Source of the DNA: Atractiella rhizophila
Taxonomy: Eukaryota
Direction of reading: 5' to 3'
NCBI GenBank assembly: GCA_021432655.1
Contig: MU271325.1
Span: forward strand, 1 to 36,887
Length of the DNA: 36,887 bases
Shown: piece by piece, positions 35,077 through 36,887 of the stretch
How positions within the stretch are numbered: the stretch's first letter is position 1
Layout of the letters: each line of letters begins with the position of its first letter
The notes under the pieces: model-generated
What the model was told of the DNA's origin: nothing
What the model saw: only the letters and a program-made list of their open reading frames with translations
Database searches by the model: none
Program-made: the position numbers and the translations under genes

Positions 35077-35644
35077 AAAACAAACTTTTCCTTCGTTCCT
35101 CTTCTTATCCGCCTCCTTCAACACTGCCCCTCCATCGCAAGCCGCCTCTACGTAGCCCAACCACCTTGAGACATGTGGATAATTCGGACCTTTCAAGAGT
35201 CCTTGTAGGGGAGAAGAACCCTTGATCGTGCTCAGGACCAGGAAGTCTGAGGCTCCCAATCCGGAGGGCGAGGAGACGAAGGATCTTAGGGTGAGGTACT
35301 GGTCGAGGGCTGCGAGGAAGGACAGGGAAGATTCATAGTTACCAGGGGTGGTGGAGAGAGTGGTGGGGAGGGAGGAGCTGGATGGGGAGGGAAAGAGGGA
35401 TTGGAGGACTGCGTCTGGACCAGATTGGATCTTTTCGCTGTATCAACGTCAGAATATCAGTTCCTTGTGCATCTGACACTGAAATGAGAAGAGAAAATAC
35501 GGACCCGGAAGGGGATAGAAGGGCAATATCTCCTTCGAGAACCCACGTCAGTTTCTCCTGCGCCCCAAGATAGTAAACGGCGTAGAGAACCGCAAGGGGA
35601 ACTGAGGGCTTGATAGGCAGCTGGATCTTCTCGTACGAGGTCAT
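34999..35644 (-). CDS. Truncated GluRS duplicate encoding only the N-terminal GST-like domain (short gene or young pseudogene)
   Basis: ATG 35644, intron 1 intact (gtccgt...atacag), frame open through KRNEGK. Homology ends 9 nt into intron 2; read-through gives a novel tail ending in TGA at 34999. Confidence 0.7.
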
Positions 35645-35875
35645 AATGTTGGTCGATCTCTTCGTATCAAAGATGCAAAATTTGCAGCAGAGATGATCAT
35701 ACGTGACTCACAGATAACTTGAACTCTATTATGCTGCGGACAAATAAACGACCGCTTTTTCTTCTACAAACAGCAATTCTTAGGACAAGTTGCTCAGTGT
35801 CCCGTCTGTTATATCAAGTCGCACTTGAACTACTGACCAGTTTTGTTCCTTGCTGTTCCCGGTCCGTTCCGCTCA
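35077..35875. repeat. Segment A copy 2
   Basis: Direct repeat of 33709-34482, with a short extra stretch near 35783-35810. Confidence 0.95.
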
Positions 35876-36301
35876 ACAAAGGCTAGGAACTTAGTTACCA
35901 AAAGCTGGCCAATCCTTGGCCTACCAGAAACCCATCCCAAGGTCTTCTACGCTGTAACAATGTGAACGATTGGATTGACTAGGATAAATATCTCTTCATA
36001 TGTGGCGCCAAAGCGGTCGATAACGTGACAAAGGAAGCTCGTATTGCGACGGCTGATTCTGATCGAGAGAATTGAAGGATCAGATGTACCGCCGTTCGAT
36101 CGAGTGATGGAATGTGTTTTCGAGGATGGAGTTGGGGTCTGGAAGAGATGCATCTGAGAATGCGAGCAAACATTCAGTTATTCAACTGTGTAGTAGCTAG
36201 CTCCATTGGAAATGTGAGAGGGGTTTCTGTTCAGTTGTATCCATTTCTAACAAGTTTTCTCCCAGAGTCGTTGAACGTACATCTCCGACATCCCCAACCA
36301 T

Positions 36302-36887
36302 CGAAATATCATTCGGTGGTTGATTAGTAGTCGCTGGGGACAGTGTTCTACCAGCACTTTGTCAGCAGGTTCACATCCATGCAAAGATGCCCTTTTTCTC
36401 TTTTTGCATTATTTGTGCCTCTGGATAAATACCATGCAGAACGCAAAATACGCCATGATTGTTGGGAGACTTGTTTCCTTCTGTCTCTGCTGTCTTCGCG
36501 ACCGAAATTCATGTGTTTCGAAAGATGCCACACAGAACTTTCGATTATTTGTGCGCTGGTGTTGGATCACGTGATTGCAAAGAATGTTCATCAACCTCTG
36601 CTGCTTCGGAGAGCCCCATCCAACTCATCTGGCCGACGCATCTTGCTCCGCTCTGGTGATATCTTATCTATATCCTATTGCTCGGACGACCTGCGATAGA
36701 AATAGGAAGACCTTAACTGATGAACGTGGGACCCAAATCGTTCACGTTCGACCATCTGCTCCATGGCTTGTTTCTACCATTCACCAAGCTCTTTTTGGAT
36801 CTGCAAGCTTCACGGAACTTTGATTAATTGGTTCGAGATGGGTTGAAATTGATGAGCACGTTCAGTCTCCTGCTGGGTACTTATCAT
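36302..36887. repeat. Segment B copy 2 (runs to the window edge)
   Basis: Direct repeat of 34483-35076. It ends at ...gggtacttatcat, the sequence that precedes segment A in the first unit. Confidence 0.95.

Noticed and set aside
1..36887. CRISPR arrays, tRNA/rRNA genes, intact transposase or reverse transcriptase, LTRs/TIRs
   Set aside because: None recognised by eye. The peptide repeats at 13.3-14.4 kb are in-frame coding repeats, not repeat-spacer arrays.

Overview
Eukaryotic, intron-rich fungal DNA, most likely basidiomycete (mostly short GT..AG introns with CTRAY-like branch points, several micro-exons). The species cannot be fixed from sequence alone. Left end: a head-to-head pair of secreted, probably GPI-anchored class-3 lipase-fold genes that both lack the catalytic serine (GHGFG instead of GHSxG). 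Middle (about 5-25 kb): an accessory-looking region. It holds an F-box/LRR gene, several decayed gene relics including an APH-type phosphotransferase pseudogene, and three long intron-free paralogues. The paralogues share a C-terminal 'PWP...DIT...V..F...FHxD[KR]' domain (NFKBIL1-like/J-like, with HPD altered in all three), and two of them carry an extended C-C-C-H zinc-finger repeat. Right end: housekeeping genes (DUF89/ARMT1-like phosphatase, a KDEL-type PDI, cytosolic glutamyl-tRNA synthetase). These are followed by a tandem segmental duplication containing an open, mostly synonymously diverged copy of only the GST-like N-terminus of GluRS. Exon boundaries and substitution counts were read by eye; no database search was run.
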